A stretch of 64,000 nucleotides of DNA from Eledone cirrhosa (GCA_964016885.1 OZ024743.1:172794001-172858000); one strand, 5' to 3'. Counted from the stretch's first letter, positions 28,425 through 41,296 are shown. Numbers and translations: made by a program. Notes: a model not told the origin generated them from the sequence alone.

Positions 28425-28440
28425 ATAATATATATAATAT

Positions 28441-28472
<32 letters not shown>

Positions 28473-28490
28473 ATATATATATATATATAT

Positions 28491-28574
<84 letters not shown>

Positions 28575-28751
28575 TATATATATAATATGTATAAGAGATA
28601 TTCAATTTGCTGGAAATTCAACAAATATAGATGTTTACAACTGATTCAGAGCACTCGACAGATTTCTGGAGTAAGTAAGACTTTCCAGGGATAACTTGAA
28701 CCGTTAAGGTATATCATCCTTGGTCATGTCAAATATTTATAAAACATTTTG

Positions 28752-28813
28752 TATTTTATCTGATGATAGCGTACCAAAATTTTTGGTACCCTTGAAATAT
28801 ATATAATAGAATA
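28752..28813 (+). ncRNA. Hammerhead ribozyme (family A)
   Basis: TATTTTAT-CTGATGA-tagcGTACCAA...TTGGTACcctt-GAAA-TATATA-TA|ATAGAATA. Confidence 0.8.
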
Positions 28814-28963
28814 AATATGGTTTTATAAATATAGTTTCCATTTATTTAATATCAATTATATATATATATAATATATATATATATATATAAACGGAAAAAA
28901 TGAAACGAAATTTCATTTCTCACTCTTAGTACGGCTGTTACAATCATCTGGCAGGAAGGTATA

Positions 28964-29004
28964 CGTTGCTGACGATAACTAATAAGCTTGAAACTAGTAC
29001 AGCG
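28964..29004 (+). ncRNA. Minimal hammerhead ribozyme (family J), tandem copy 1
   Basis: CGTTG-CTGACGA-taactaataagctt-GAAA-CTAG-TA|CAGCG. Confidence 0.75.
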
Positions 29005-29394
29005 TTCCTTTGTCAGTGTTGAACAAATGAGCAACGATGGTTGCCAGACACTGTACGGCTTAATTCGGGATGTTTGTTTGCAAAAAAACCGAGCATTGTA
29101 ATAAATGTTCGGTGAATCCATACGTACATATGTGTATGTGTGCATGTATGTATGTATATATATACATACTGCTGTATGTCTGTATACATATATGTATGTA
29201 CGTGTACATATTTATATTTAAGTAACAGCCGTACTAAGAGTGAGAAATGAAATTTCGTTTCATTTTTTCCGTTTATCGTTATCGGTATCCCGGCCGATTA
29301 ACTCACTCGATATGCAAATTAGGCTTCTCAGCCGTTAATATGCATAAGAAAAGTATATACTTTCAGACGTTCAATCATCTGGCAGGAAGGTATA

Positions 29395-29435
29395 CGTTGC
29401 TGACGATAGCTAATAAGCTTGAAACTAGTACAGCG
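29395..29435 (+). ncRNA. Minimal hammerhead ribozyme (family J), tandem copy 2
   Basis: CGTTG-CTGACGA-tAGCT aata AGCTt-GAAA-CTAG-TA|CAGCG. Confidence 0.85.
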
Positions 29436-29699
29436 TGCCTTTGTCAGTGTTGAACAAATGAGCAACGATGGTTGCCAGACACTGTACGGCTTAATTCAGG
29501 ATGTTTGTTTGCAAACAAACCGAGCATTGTAATAAATGTTCGGTGAATCCATACGTACATATGTGTGTGTGCATGTATGTATATATATATATACATACTG
29601 CTGTACGTCTGTATACATATATGTATGTACGTGTACATACTTATATATATATATATATATAATATATAAGATCAAAAGATGGTTAAATGAGTTCCATGT

Positions 29700-29768
29700 A
29701 TTTTATTATGCGCATTTCAAAAACAAATATCATCATGCAATAACATTTGTGTTTTCATCAGATAAAAT
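29700..29768 (-). ncRNA. Hammerhead ribozyme (family O)
   Basis: Minus: ATTTTAT-CTGATGA-aaacacaaatgttatt gcat gatgatatttgttttt-GAAA-TGCGCA-TA|ATAAAAT. Confidence 0.85.
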
Positions 29769-30118
29769 GGGAAGACATGATATGAAGGTTAAAAACACTT
29801 GTGGATAGTGCAGTTTTAAATCAACATATGAAAAGTAGTTTTAGATTGATGTGTGATATTGGAAAAAAAAATTTTTTTGAGGGGGTGGGGTGGAAAGGAT
29901 GAAAAAGAGGAGGAGATGAGAGTAAAAAGTGGAGGGGGAGGAGTATAATGAGGAAGGATGAGATAGGAGGAGAGATGGGTGATAGAGAGAGAGAGATAGC
30001 TTTTATAACTGAGAAAAATATATTGTTTTACATAGAGAGGCTGGAAAACCGTTGGAAGAAAATGAACGAAGAAAATTAACGAAGAGAAAAATAATGTAAA
30101 GTTAAGGTTTGTATATTG

Positions 30119-31188
30119 AAGGGTTTAATAATATGTGCGATGGAAAGAAAATGTTAATATGTATCAAGAATAATATTTAAGGGTTTAATAATATGTGCGA
30201 TGGAAAGAAAATGTTAATATGTATCAAGAATAATATTTAAGGGTTTAATAATATGTGCGATGGAAAGAAAATGTTAATATGTATTAAGAATAATATGTAA
30301 GGGTTTAATAATATGTGCGATGAAAAGAAATTGTTAATATGTATCAAGAATAATATTTAAGGGTTTAATAATATGTGCGATGGAAAGAAAATGTTAATAT
30401 GTATTAAGAATAATATGTAAGGGTTTAATAATATGTGCGATGAAAAGAAATTGTTAATATGTATCAAGAATAATATTTAAGGGTTTAATAATATGTGCGA
30501 TGGAAAGAAAATGTTAATATGTATCAAGAATAATATTTAAGGGTTTAATAATATGTGCGATGGAAAGAAAATGTTAATATGTATCAAGAATAATATTTAA
30601 GGGTTTAATAATATGTGCGATGGAAAGAAAATGTTAATATGTATTAAGAATAATATGTAAGGGTTTAATAATATGTGCGATGAAAAGAAATTGTTAATAT
30701 GTATCAAGAATAATATTTAAGGGTTTAATAATATGTGCGATGGAAAGAAAATGTTAATATGTATTAAGAATAATATGTAAGGGTTTAATAATATGTGCGA
30801 TGAAAAGAAATTGTTAATATGTATCAAGAATAATATTTAAGGGTTTAATAATATGTGCGATGGAAAGAAAATGTTAATATGTATCAAGAATAATATTTAA
30901 GGGTTTAATAATATGTGCGATGGAAAGAAAATGTTAATATGTATCAAGAATAATATTTAAGGGTTTAATAATATGTGCGATGGAAAGAAAATGTTAATAT
31001 GTATTAAGAATAATATGTAAGGGTTTAATAATATGTGCGATGAAAAGAAATTGTTAATATGTATCAAGAATAATATTTAAGGGTTTAATAATATGTGCGA
31101 TGGAAAGAAAATGTTAATATGTATTAAGAATAATATGTAAGGGTTTAATAATATGTGCGATGGAAAGAAAATGTTGATATGTATTATT
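30119..31188. repeat. 60-bp minisatellite, ~17.8 copies, with a 360-bp higher-order period
   Basis: Unit gggtttaataatatgtgcgatggaaagaaaatgttaatatgtatcaagaataatatttaa, with variants ordered AABCBC AABCBC AABCB. Confidence 0.97.
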
Positions 31189-31622
31189 AAAAAACAAAAG
31201 TAATGTATGTAAGGATATATTGTGAGATGAGCATGAATAAGTTAGATGAAAGTGAGAAAAAAATAATGAATAGGGGATGAATAATCTAACGTCAAAAAAA
31301 AATGTTTATGTTTACGAAGGATTTTTTCAAGGTGATATAAAGTAAGAATATATTGTATTGTGTAATAATTGTTTCTATGTTAGACACAGTGAGAAAAGGT
31401 ACAGATTAGGGGTTAGAAATTAAAAGAAAAAGAAAAGAAAAGGAAAAGGAAGAAAGGGAAGTGATAAATAGGAGTGATATAGAATGAGTAACAAGTATTA
31501 TATAATGTATAATAAATAACTTTGAAATAAGGTAGAAAGATGGGTATATTTTTAAAGAAGTATATATATATATATATATGTGCCTTTGAGAAAAGGATTC
31601 TGAATTGATAAAGTTTAGGATA

Positions 31623-31960
31623 TTAGCTGTATACTTTATGGAAAGTTCTGTGGAATTTATGCAAGCAGATAGAAAACAAGTCAGTGCGTCTATTTATTAT
31701 AGAATCTAAATTAGATATAATGGTAAATTTTTCATTTAGACAGAGATTGCAAGTCTTGGATAGAAAACTGTTCAAGTATGAAGAAGCAGAAGAAACCTTT
31801 TTCCAAGAGATGTTATATTTAATATTTTTGTCTTTCAAGGACCATATGAGTTCTGAGAGAGCCGTGTTGGTTCTTTTAAGTTGGTATTTAAAAGACGAAT
31901 GATGATTATAAAGATGAGCTTTAAAGGGGGTGGAAGTGGAGCCAAAATAGGCGAAGGAAT
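31623..31960 (-). pseudogene. PLE GIY-YIG endonuclease fragment
   Basis: YFGSTSTPFKAHLYNHHSSFK...TALSELIWSLKDKNIKYNISWK...CNLCLNEK...CLH. Confidence 0.88.
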
Positions 31961-32259
31961 TGGTGTCAGTTATAACTTTACATACGAATGTAAAATTATA
32001 ACTGACACCAATTCCTTCTATCTCTCTATCACCCATCTCTCTCTCTATCACCCATCTCTCCTCCTATCTCATCCTTCCTCATTATACTCCTCCCCCTCCA
32101 CTTTTTACTCTCATCTCCTCCTCTTTTTCATCCTTTCCAACCCCCCGCCTAAAAAAAATGTTTCCCCAATATCACACATCAATCTAAAACTACTTTTCAC
32201 ATGTTGATTTAAAACTTCACTATCCACAAGTGTTTTTAACCTTCATATCATGTCTTCCC

Positions 32260-32323
32260 ATTTTATCTGATGAAAACACAAATGTTATTGCATGATGATA
32301 TTTATTTTTGAAATGCGCATAAT

Positions 32324-32324
<1 letters not shown>
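32260..32324 (+). ncRNA. Hammerhead ribozyme (family O), 3' arm of stem I truncated
   Basis: Inverted copy of 29700-29768 that ends 3 nt after the predicted cleavage site. Confidence 0.65.
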
Positions 32325-32364
<40 letters not shown>

Positions 32365-32429
32365 TATTTTATCTGATGAAAGCGGACCATAATTTGCTTT
32401 GGTGTCCTTGAAATATGTATAATGAAATA
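32365..32429 (+). ncRNA. Hammerhead ribozyme (family A)
   Basis: TATTTTAT-CTGATGA-aagcggacca...tggtgtcctt-GAAA-TATGTA-TA|ATGAAATA. Confidence 0.78.
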
Positions 32430-32539
32430 AATATGATTTTATAAATATAGTTTCCATTTGTTAATATATTGTATATATATATATATATAGGTCATATATT
32501 TTATCGTTCCTGAGGTTTTTAACCCTAGGAAAGGAAAAT

Positions 32540-32620
32540 GCTTCTCTGATGATCTTTGTTTTTCCATTAATATCCATGTGATATCTAATGTTTTGCAAAG
32601 TGAAACTGTACAGTAAGGGC
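32540..32620 (+). ncRNA. Hammerhead ribozyme with ~49-nt stem II (family P)
   Basis: gcTTCT-CTGATGA-tCTTTG...CATTAATATC catgt GATATCTAATG...CAAAGt-GAAA-CTGTACAG-TA|AGGGc. Confidence 0.72.
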
Positions 32621-32734
32621 TATCTGAATAGGTAAATATTTATATTATATTTTTTAATTTTGATTAATTTTGATTGTAAATTAATTTTGATTTATTTTGA
32701 AAAATTGGTTGAATTTTGCTTGTTCTGCTTATCT

Positions 32735-32776
<42 letters not shown>

Positions 32777-32784
32777 TTTTTTTA

Positions 32785-33672
32785 TCTATATATATAAAAC
32801 TGAGGATGTCTGTCTGCCTGTGTGTGAGTTTGAATCCCTAAAACTAGAGAAGCACTCAACCGACTGTTTCAAACTTTACACATGTAATACTTATGTTTCA
32901 GGGAATGTTCTGAGCAAAAGAATGTTTCAAATTTTCAATGCCCTAGGGACTGCATTAGGCGATTTAACGATCTCTCTCTATAATTCTTAGTCTTTCTCTT
33001 TTTAGATAGATACATACATATAACGTCGTGCCCTTATAATATCTGTCTGTATGTCTGACTATCTGCATTACGACACTTCCCTGAGGATGTGTGTGTGTGC
33101 GCGTGTGTGTGAGTCTGAATCCCTAAAACTCGAGAAGTATCCAACCGATTCTTTTCAAACTTTACATGTGTATTATTTATGTTTCAGCTTTCATAGGGAC
33201 CGCATTTGGTGAAAAACTGCGTTTTTTAAGATGTTTAGGGGTTATTTGCGGCGTTACGTCAGACCGATTTCCTTGAAATTGTAACAATGTATTAGTCAGT
33301 CTCTTCTTCATACCGTGAGCAAAGAAAATCCAACTTTTTTATGGCCTAGAGCCCGCATTAGGTGAAAAACTTCCTTTTTTCAGCTGTTTATGGCTCTTTG
33401 GAGGCGTTACATCTAGCCGCTTTTTCCCGAAATTTAAAGGCATATTATGCACATAAAACAATTTTATTTTCTTGATTCCCTAGGGCCCGCATTAGGTGAA
33501 AACCTGCATTTTTCCTGCTTCATCGAGGAAAATCTTAAAGATTATCCAGCCATCAGAGTATTCGGTTTATTTTCTTTACATATTGTCCAGGCATGCAGTT
33601 TTTCCACGATTAGGTCTGTTGGCGGCCCGCATTCCAAAATACCTTCTCCAGTGCAACGCCGGATACCACTGC

Positions 33673-33675
<3 letters not shown>
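32785..33675 (+). mobile_element. Non-autonomous Helitron
   Basis: A|TCTATATATATAAAACTGAGGATGTCTGTCTG start, internal degenerate repeats, and CCAGTGCAACGCCGGATACCACTG-CTAG|T end. Confidence 0.85.
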
Positions 33676-33705
<30 letters not shown>

Positions 33706-33707
33706 AT

Positions 33708-34092
33708 ATGGAGGCACATGGCTTAGTGGTTAGAGCATTGGCCTTGCAATCGAAATGTTGTGAGTTCATTTCTCAGACCGGGTGATGTGTTATTTCCTTG
33801 AGCAAGACACTTTATTTCACATTGCTCCAGTTTACTCAGCTGTAGAAATGAGATGATAGGACTGGGATCCCTATCATTCCACTGTAAAGTGGATGTGTAG
33901 GCGCCACGGAAAAAAGCACCCAGTACTCACTGTAAATGAGGTTGGTGTTAGGAAGGGCATCTAGCTGTAGAAATCAAGCCAGAATCAGTTCCCGTATGAG
34001 CCGTGGACACTGCCCACAACAGGACAACCCGTCTAACCCATGCTAGCGTGGAAGAACGGACGTAAAAACGGTGATGATGATGATGATGATGA
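33708..34092 (+). mobile_element. tRNA-derived SINE with RTE-like 3' tail
   Basis: A-box TGGCTTAGTGGTTAG, B-box-like GAGTTCA, central TCCTTGAGCAAGACAC, tail ACCCATGCTAGCGTGGAAG...(GAT)n shared with the RTE 3' ends here. Confidence 0.75.
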
Positions 34093-34104
34093 TATATATA
34101 TATA

Positions 34105-34801
34105 TATAACGGAATACTCCTGTTTTACCGGCGAAGATTCAAAACCGAATCTGAGGTTTCTCGCCTGTGGGACCACCCATTATTGGAAGGTTCCCACCAT
34201 TGTCCTGTCAAGACAACGATGATACACGTACATACAACTTGACCTGTGACCCCAGCTTCCTGGGAGACGATATCCACATGGCTGATCATAAATCAACCTC
34301 ATATACATATCCTTTTAACTATAGCATTATTATAAATACAAGGACTTAAGGAATCCAGTCCTTGAGATTAATAATGTATTCTAAGAATAGACACACAAAC
34401 ACATAGTAAGTTTCATCTATTCTTCCGTCTTCTTGTTGAATCACTTATATTGTATCATCGTGTTGATACATGCATGCACGCTAGCTCGAAGTAGCTTGCC
34501 AGCAAATTAATGTTGTTATTGTAAAATAAACATTGTCAACATCACAATCATGGCATTATTATTCTTATCAAACATCCATCAAATAATTGTTTCTACTTTA
34601 GGCACAAGGCCAACAATTACCCAATGCATTACTGGTACTTTATTTTATCGACCCCGTAAGGATGAAAGGCAAAGTCAACCTCGGCAGGATTTGAACTCAG
34701 ATCGTAAAGGGACGTAACTATGCTGGAAAGCATGGCGTCCGACCCTCTACCGATACTGCCAATCCACCGCCCTTACAAATAATCACATTTTATCCGCTAC
34801 A
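34105..34801 (+). mobile_element. Probable solo LTR interrupted by a SINE
   Basis: Termini tataacgga...tccgctaca form an imperfect TG..CA inverted repeat. Internal TATAAA and AATAAA, (TA)n flanks. Confidence 0.45.
34581..34772 (-). mobile_element. tRNA-derived SINE (octopod type)
   Basis: Minus: GGCGGTGGATTGGCAGTATCGGTAGA...GAGTTCAAATCC...TTTGCCTTTCATCC...AGAAACAATTATT. TSD caaataat. Confidence 0.88.
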
Positions 34802-35213
34802 TATATATATATATATATGCAGAGGTTATATTTAATTTGTTGGGATACAACAAGCTTAAAAATATTTTTATAACTGATATAAAGCACTCAACAGTTTTTG
34901 GAGTAAATATACAATATATGGAAATATACAACAAATGGAAACTATATTTATAAAACCATATTTATTATTATACTTATAATTTGCCTTGGTCGCCCTTGAA
35001 ATATGTATAATAAAATAAATATGGTTTTATAAATATAGTTTCCATTTGTTAATACATTGTATATATAACAAAATAAATTAACGGAGTCATAAACTCGCGT
35101 TAATTCCTGTAATTTATGAGCTCAAAGGAAAACACATCGATAAACACACACTCTCTCTCATGTGTTATCTTTTCTATATATTATATATATATTATATTAT
35201 ATATATATATATA

Positions 35214-37170
35214 TCATCATCATCATCATCATCATCATCATTACCGTTTTACGTCCGTTCTTCCACGATAGCATGGTTTTTTTCCGTGGCGCCTATACAT
35301 CCACTTTAAAGTGTGGGCTGGGTGCTTTTTTGCCGTGGCACCTCCACGACCACTTTGCAGTGGGAGGGGGTGGGGGAATATTGTCTATATGCTTCAACTT
35401 AGGCTTGTACCCGTGGGGGTTGGGTCTTCTGTATTACTGCGTGACGCCAGAGGTCACGGTCGTGTGTCATCGCCTTTGAGAGGTGTAACTGGGTAAGGTC
35501 GGCTTTTATCACCTCATCCCAGGTCTTCTTGGGTCTCCCCACTCCGCGGTTTCCATCGACTTCTAGTACTCTGCACTTTTTTATGCACCTGTCATCCTTC
35601 ATATGCATCACATGTCCATACCAACGCAACCTCCTCTCCTGCACGCAGCATTTGATTCCTCTTATGCTCAGTCTCTCTCTCCATTTATGCTTTGCCGTTC
35701 GCTTATATTACTATTACACATCCATCGGAGCATGCAGGCTTCGTTTCTTTCTAATCTGCGCAAGTCTTCCACAGACAGCGCCCAGGTCTCACTACCATGT
35801 AACATTGCTGTTCATATACACGCATCATACAGTGCCTTTCATTTAGAGCTAGCAGTGGCTTGCAGCTAGCAGTGGCAGTAGCTCCCTGAACTTCTTCCAT
35901 CCCGTTCTTACCCTAGTTATTGTACTTTCCAAACACCTACCTCCTCTGCTAATTCGGTCACCTAGGTAGCAGAAACTGTCTACTGTTTCTACAGAGCCCT
36001 CCCAGAGTTTGGTGGTACTTGTTTCCTGTGGCTGTTTGCTGTCCCAGCACAGCTGCTACATGTGAAGCCTACATTCTTAGTTAAGCTTCCTGAGATCCCG
36101 CTACATCTCTTGTGTACCCATTGATTGCATTTGGGACAGAGAATGGAGTTCCTACCTACACCTTTCCTACATACTGAGCAAGGCCATTTCCCTGAGGGGA
36201 TCTGGGTTCTGTTTTCTCGTCCACTTACAAGGACCTTAGTCTTTGTCAGGTTGACTTTGAGACCCTTTCTTTCTAGACCCTGCTTCCAAGTTTGGAATTT
36301 CTTCTCTAGTTCTACCATAGATTCAGCTATAAGTGCGAGGTCATTTGCATACAGGAGTTCCCATGGGCTTCCAGTCTTAAACTCCTCCGTTATTGCCTGC
36401 ACGACTATGATGAACAGGAGAGGGCTAAGAACAGAGCCCTGGTGGACACCGACCTGTACGCTAAATTCCTCGCTATACTCATTGCTAATCCTAACTTTGC
36501 TGACTGCTCCTCTATACATGGCCTGTACAGATTTCACAAGCCATTCATCTACTCCTAGTTTTCTAAGAGCGCACCAGATTATAGCACGTGGAACTCTGTC
36601 AAAGGCTTTCTCGAGATCGACGAATGCCAGGTAAAGTGGCTTAATTTTAGCTCGTTACTTTTCCTGTAACTGCCTCACAAGGAAGAGGGCATCAGTGGTG
36701 CCTCTTCCTGGCACAAACCCAAATTGCATCTCATCTAGTCCCACCCAGTCCCTACTCAACTGTGCTATAACTCTTTCTGTTACTTTCATGACCTGGTCCA
36801 TCAGCTTTATACCTCTATAGTTTTCTCTATCTAGCGCATCACCTTTACCTTTGTAGCAGTTGACAATGATGCTGCTGCACCAATCCTTTGGTATGACACC
36901 TTCTAGTATTACCTGGTTAACAATACGTGCGGTTATGGCAGCTATACCTGATGGGCCGGTTGCCTTCCCTGCCTTCATATCTTTGATTGCCTTACTTACT
37001 TGTACTGCTGGCCCCTCTATAGGGTCTACTTGGGGTAGGGTCTCTTCTTCCCATGCATTCTCCTCATTTAGTAATTTATCATAATGGCTCTTCCATGCAT
37101 TTTTCTTCTCAGCACTTGTGAGGGCAAGCTCACCTTTATCATTCCGGATACACTGCTCTCCCCTCTCTCA
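35214..37170 (-). mobile_element. 5'-truncated RTE-clade LINE (RT remnant with PHD-like insert)
   Basis: KGKGDALDRENYRGIKL, QFGFVPGRGTTDA, FVDLEKAFDRVP, GVHQGSVLSPLLF, LLYAND, RRLRWYGHV, GRPKKTW, and a (GAT)n tail. Confidence 0.93.
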
Positions 37171-37185
37171 TATATATATATATTC

Positions 37186-39000
37186 ATACATGCCTTCAAC
37201 TCCGTCAGCCGCGACATCGTCCTCGGCTCAGTAAGAGAGAGGGTCCCACAACTCTACCACTTTACTTGGCAGGCTTATCGGGAGCCCTCCTACCTCTCTT
37301 TCGGTGACCAGATCATCACCTCTGCCTTAGGAGTCCAACAGGGTGACCCACTCGGGACCGCACTGTTAGCACTGGGCATTGATGACGTCACCAAGATGGG
37401 GGTTGAGTTGGACCTCAATGTCTAGTACCTCGACGACGCCTGTTTAGGGGGAACTCCGGATATGGTTCTCGCCACTGCCAACAGGATGGTGGAGGGGCTT
37501 GGCCGCCGGGGTCTCCAGATCAATAGCTCCAAATGTGAGCTCTGGATCCTCAACCACCCGGCTTCTCAACACCAACAGCTGATCAACCTGTTCGCAGAGT
37601 CCTTCCCTTCCATCGCGGTCCCTCCCCCGTCGGCTTGGTGCTGCTTAGGAGCCCCAATCACAGACCTGGCCTTCGAGTCAACCTTCCAATCGAAGATGGT
37701 TGGCCTTGAGCAGCTGCTGAGGAATATCGAAGTTATCGAACCCCATCAAAGTTTCTTCATACTCAGGAACTACCTGTCTATTCCTAGGCTTCTATATCTG
37801 CTCAGGGTCAGCCCCTCTCACAGATTTCCGTCCTGCCTCCAACGCTTCGACGACCTAATCTTCGAGAGACTCGAGTGTCTGGTCAATGTTAGACTCTCTC
37901 CAGAATCCCGCGATCAGGCTGCATTGCCCAAGCAATTTGGGGGTCTTGGTCTTCGTAAGTGTTCGTCCCTCTCTCTCCCCTGCTTCCTTTCCTCCACCCT
38001 TGCTCCACCCTGGTGAGCAGCATCCTCTCCTCTCCAACATGGACTAGTTCCAACAGGGAGTTGGGTGAAGCTCTCCAGCAATGAAGTGAGTTGGGCTTGT
38101 CACTTCCTGAGAAGGTGGAGGATAGTCGAAGTCAGAGAGCTTGGGACAGCATAAGTTCGAAGGCCACCTTCGACTCCCTCTTCGTCCAGTCAGATCAGTT
38201 TGCAAAGTGCCGCTTACTATCTGCCAGCGCCAAATACTCAGGCGACTGGGTCGATGCCCTACCCGTTGGTGGCCTACGTTGGTGGCCTACTCAGCCTGGA
38301 CGAACTTCGTGTCTCTATCGCCCTCAGAGTGGGAGCTGACGTCTGCATGGGTTTGAGGTGCCGATGCGGCAAACTCCTCGACTCTACAGGCCTCCACGGT
38401 CTTTCTTGCCGCCTGGATGCCGGCCGCTTCGCGCGTCACACGGAGATTTGGCCCGGGCGAATATCCCCTCAGTCTTGGAACCATCTGGGTTGTCCAGAAG
38501 TGACGGCAAAAGACCGGACGATCTTACCCTGTGCCCCTGGTCGAGAGGCAGGTGCCTTTTCTGGGACGTCATTGTTAGTGACTCTTGCTCTTTCCCACAT
38601 CCTGGATGCTGCGGTTAGGACGAGAGCCACAGCTTTTGCAGTCGAGCGTAGTAAGACCCTCAAATACTCTGATCTGTCGGCCAGCTACATTTTTCAGCCT
38701 GTGGCTTTCGAGACGTTTGTGGGAGTCGGGTCGCTGACTGCGAGGTTCCTTTCCTCACTGGCGGCTTGCCTAATAGAGGTGACTGACGAATCTCGCGAGG
38801 GTGCTTGACTGTTTCAGCGCATCAGCCTCGCCATCACCCGAGGCAACGCTGCGAGTGTGCTGGCTTGCCTCAAAAATCATTAGAGAGGTTGCCCAGTACT
38901 CGCTACGTTGCTGTCTTTTGCTCTGGTGTTGGCTCCGTTGTTCACCCCTTCCTTTACATTTTCTTTAATATTGTAACATTAAAAGAATATATCTTTCATT
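37186..39000 (+). mobile_element. CRE-like non-LTR retrotransposon (RT plus restriction-like endonuclease), decayed
   Basis: HAFNSVSR, GVQQGDPLG, *YLDD, GGLGLR, CRCG...HGLSC...RH, LEPSGLSRSDGKRPD...WD, FQPVAFET. Confidence 0.9.
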
Positions 39001-39050
39001 ATATCATCCTTTATAGCATACATACATACATAAGTATATATACATATGTA

Positions 39051-41296
39051 TGTACAGCCACCGGAAATAACATCTGTGAAATATACAGCGCCATCTACCT
39101 GTTAGCTAGCTACTTCAACGTGAAACAAAAGAACCCTTAAAGCCTACCAGAATAAACGCCTACACATCGGCTAAACATCAAACGATTGTTTCTGTATAAA
39201 TAGAGTGGTTCCCAACACTTCGCTAGTCGACTTTTGGGAGAGTCAGCTAGCGCATCGTTGTTCCTCGCCTCTGCCACGCTTTGTCACTCACACGCCTTGT
39301 ACCTCATATCGTCGCTTCATGTGAAAATAAATAGCTGATCGAATTTACATCTCGCCTTGCTTCGTCCTTTCAACTTGTGCTTTCGTCTGTCCATCCTCAA
39401 CAGTTCTTTTAAGGGCTATATGCGACAACAGTCCTTTTAAGGGCTATCTTCAGATCTGATCAGACCGTATGCGATAAGAGTCCTTCTAGGGGCTATTCTC
39501 GGATCTGATCAGAAGTAGTGACTAGACTGACTAACCACGTCACCACAATTGCACCCGTCAACAGAACACGGCCACACACGTACCTTCAGACATTAAAGAT
39601 TGGACACACGTTTTCGTTCGAAACGACACCATCTCAGCTCATCTCCGACCTCCATATTCTGGCCCTTATCGTGTTCTAAAAAAATATCCGAAATATTTTA
39701 TTCTCGATCTAGATGGTAAACAGAATTCTGTCAGCGTGGACAGATTTAAAAAAGCCATCATGGATACTGTTACAGTCTCTACATCAGAAACTCCAACAGA
39801 TTGCTGTCCCAGCGAGCCACCTGTTTCATCTCCAGTCACGTGAAGCGGACGATGCGTCCATTGGCCCGCCAAGTTGGCACAATATGTGAATTACCGTTAA
39901 CCTCAAATGAGTTTCTTAATCATTCTTCGTGCAAAACATTTCCATTTTTCTTGTGTTTACTATTTCCAGTTTCAAATACAATGAACTTTCTGCTTGAACA
40001 ATTGCAATTTTTAGTGACCATGTGTTCATGTCACGAAGAACATTATTTATAATGAACATTATTTATTACAAACTCTATTTAAGAACAAACATTGTGTATA
40101 TCATTGTGTATAACATTTTTTTTTCTTCACTCTCTTGTTTTGCAAAAATTTATATTTTTCTTGTTCTGTAACATTGATTGTGTAATTGCCATAATTTTTA
40201 TATACATACAAGGCGTGTACATATCCTGTTTTTCAGGCACACTACAAAACCACGTTTGTTTCACCTTTTGGTTCATACACTGAGCAATAGATATTTGTGT
40301 CCCTCTAACTCTTACGCTACAAAATATTTTCTCTTTGATCACGCATTTCACAAATCGCATCCTCAAAACACTGGCCTTCTTTTTTCACGTACACATTCAC
40401 TCAATAGCTCGAGAATGCCTCGCTATTTTTTTTTTTTTACCACATTCATTTGCTCAAGTCATATGCTGTGAAGCAAACTGTTACTTTTAGGCAGCATGCT
40501 TGCGGCCATTCAGTTCACACATTAAGGTTATCTTCACTGCCCAGTTAGACTTTTTGTCACGCAATTCACAGGCAGCTCAACCCAAATTGCAACAGGCTCA
40601 TTCATCACGCCTGCATAAATCTGGTCAAAGTCATTTTATAGTTTATTTCTTTTTTCTCTTCCTGACACACACATCTTGCCATATCATCTCTACATCGACT
40701 CTGTCCTGTACTCGATGATCACGAAATTTCACAACGTGTTGGACACCCCTTGGTCTATTGTCATGACAAATGCACCACTGGCCCATTACTATTCGATATT
40801 TCGCTCTTTCGTTGTACAAAAGATCTGCCAGGGGGTTAATGTACAGCCACCGGAAATAACATCTGTGAAATATACAGCGCCATCTACCTGTTAGCTAGCT
40901 ACTTCAACGTGAAACAAAAGAACCCTTAAAACCTACCAGAATAAACGCCTACACATCGGCTAAACATCAAACGATTGTTTCTGTATAAATAGAGTGGTTC
41001 CCAACACTTCGCTAGTCGACTTTTGGCAGAGTCAGCTAGCGCATCGTTGTTCCTCGCCTCTGCCACGCTTTGTCACTCACACGCCTTGTACCTCGTATCG
41101 TCGCTTCATGTGGAAATAAATAGCTGATCGAATTTACATCTCGCCTTGCTTCGTTCTTTTAAGGGTTATATGCGACAACAGTCCTTTTAAGGGCTATCTT
41201 CAGATCTGATCAGACCGTATGCGATAAGAGTCCTTCTAAGGGCTATTCTCGGATCTGATCAGAAGTAGTGACTAGACTGACTAACCACGTCCTACA
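39051..41296 (+). mobile_element. Internally deleted Gypsy LTR retrotransposon with both LTRs
   Basis: TG..CA LTRs at 39051-39547 and 40840-41296, PPT AGGGGG before the 3' LTR, 4-bp TSD TGTA. Integrase GPY/F tail WTHVFVRND...PYSGPYRV...SVDRFKKA at ~39600-39760. Confidence 0.92.

Larger units (their letters stand above)
29665..32324 (-). mobile_element. 5'-truncated PLE with inverted pLTR and minisatellite in the 3' UTR
   Basis: ~29700-29995 is the reverse complement of ~32025-32324. GIY-YIG remnant at 31623-31960. Confidence 0.88.

Noticed and set aside
30119-31188. CRISPR-like regular array
   Set aside because: There are no unique spacers and no cas genes, and the context is eukaryotic.
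33708-33785. tRNA gene
   Set aside because: It is a tRNA-derived SINE head with no valid cloverleaf.
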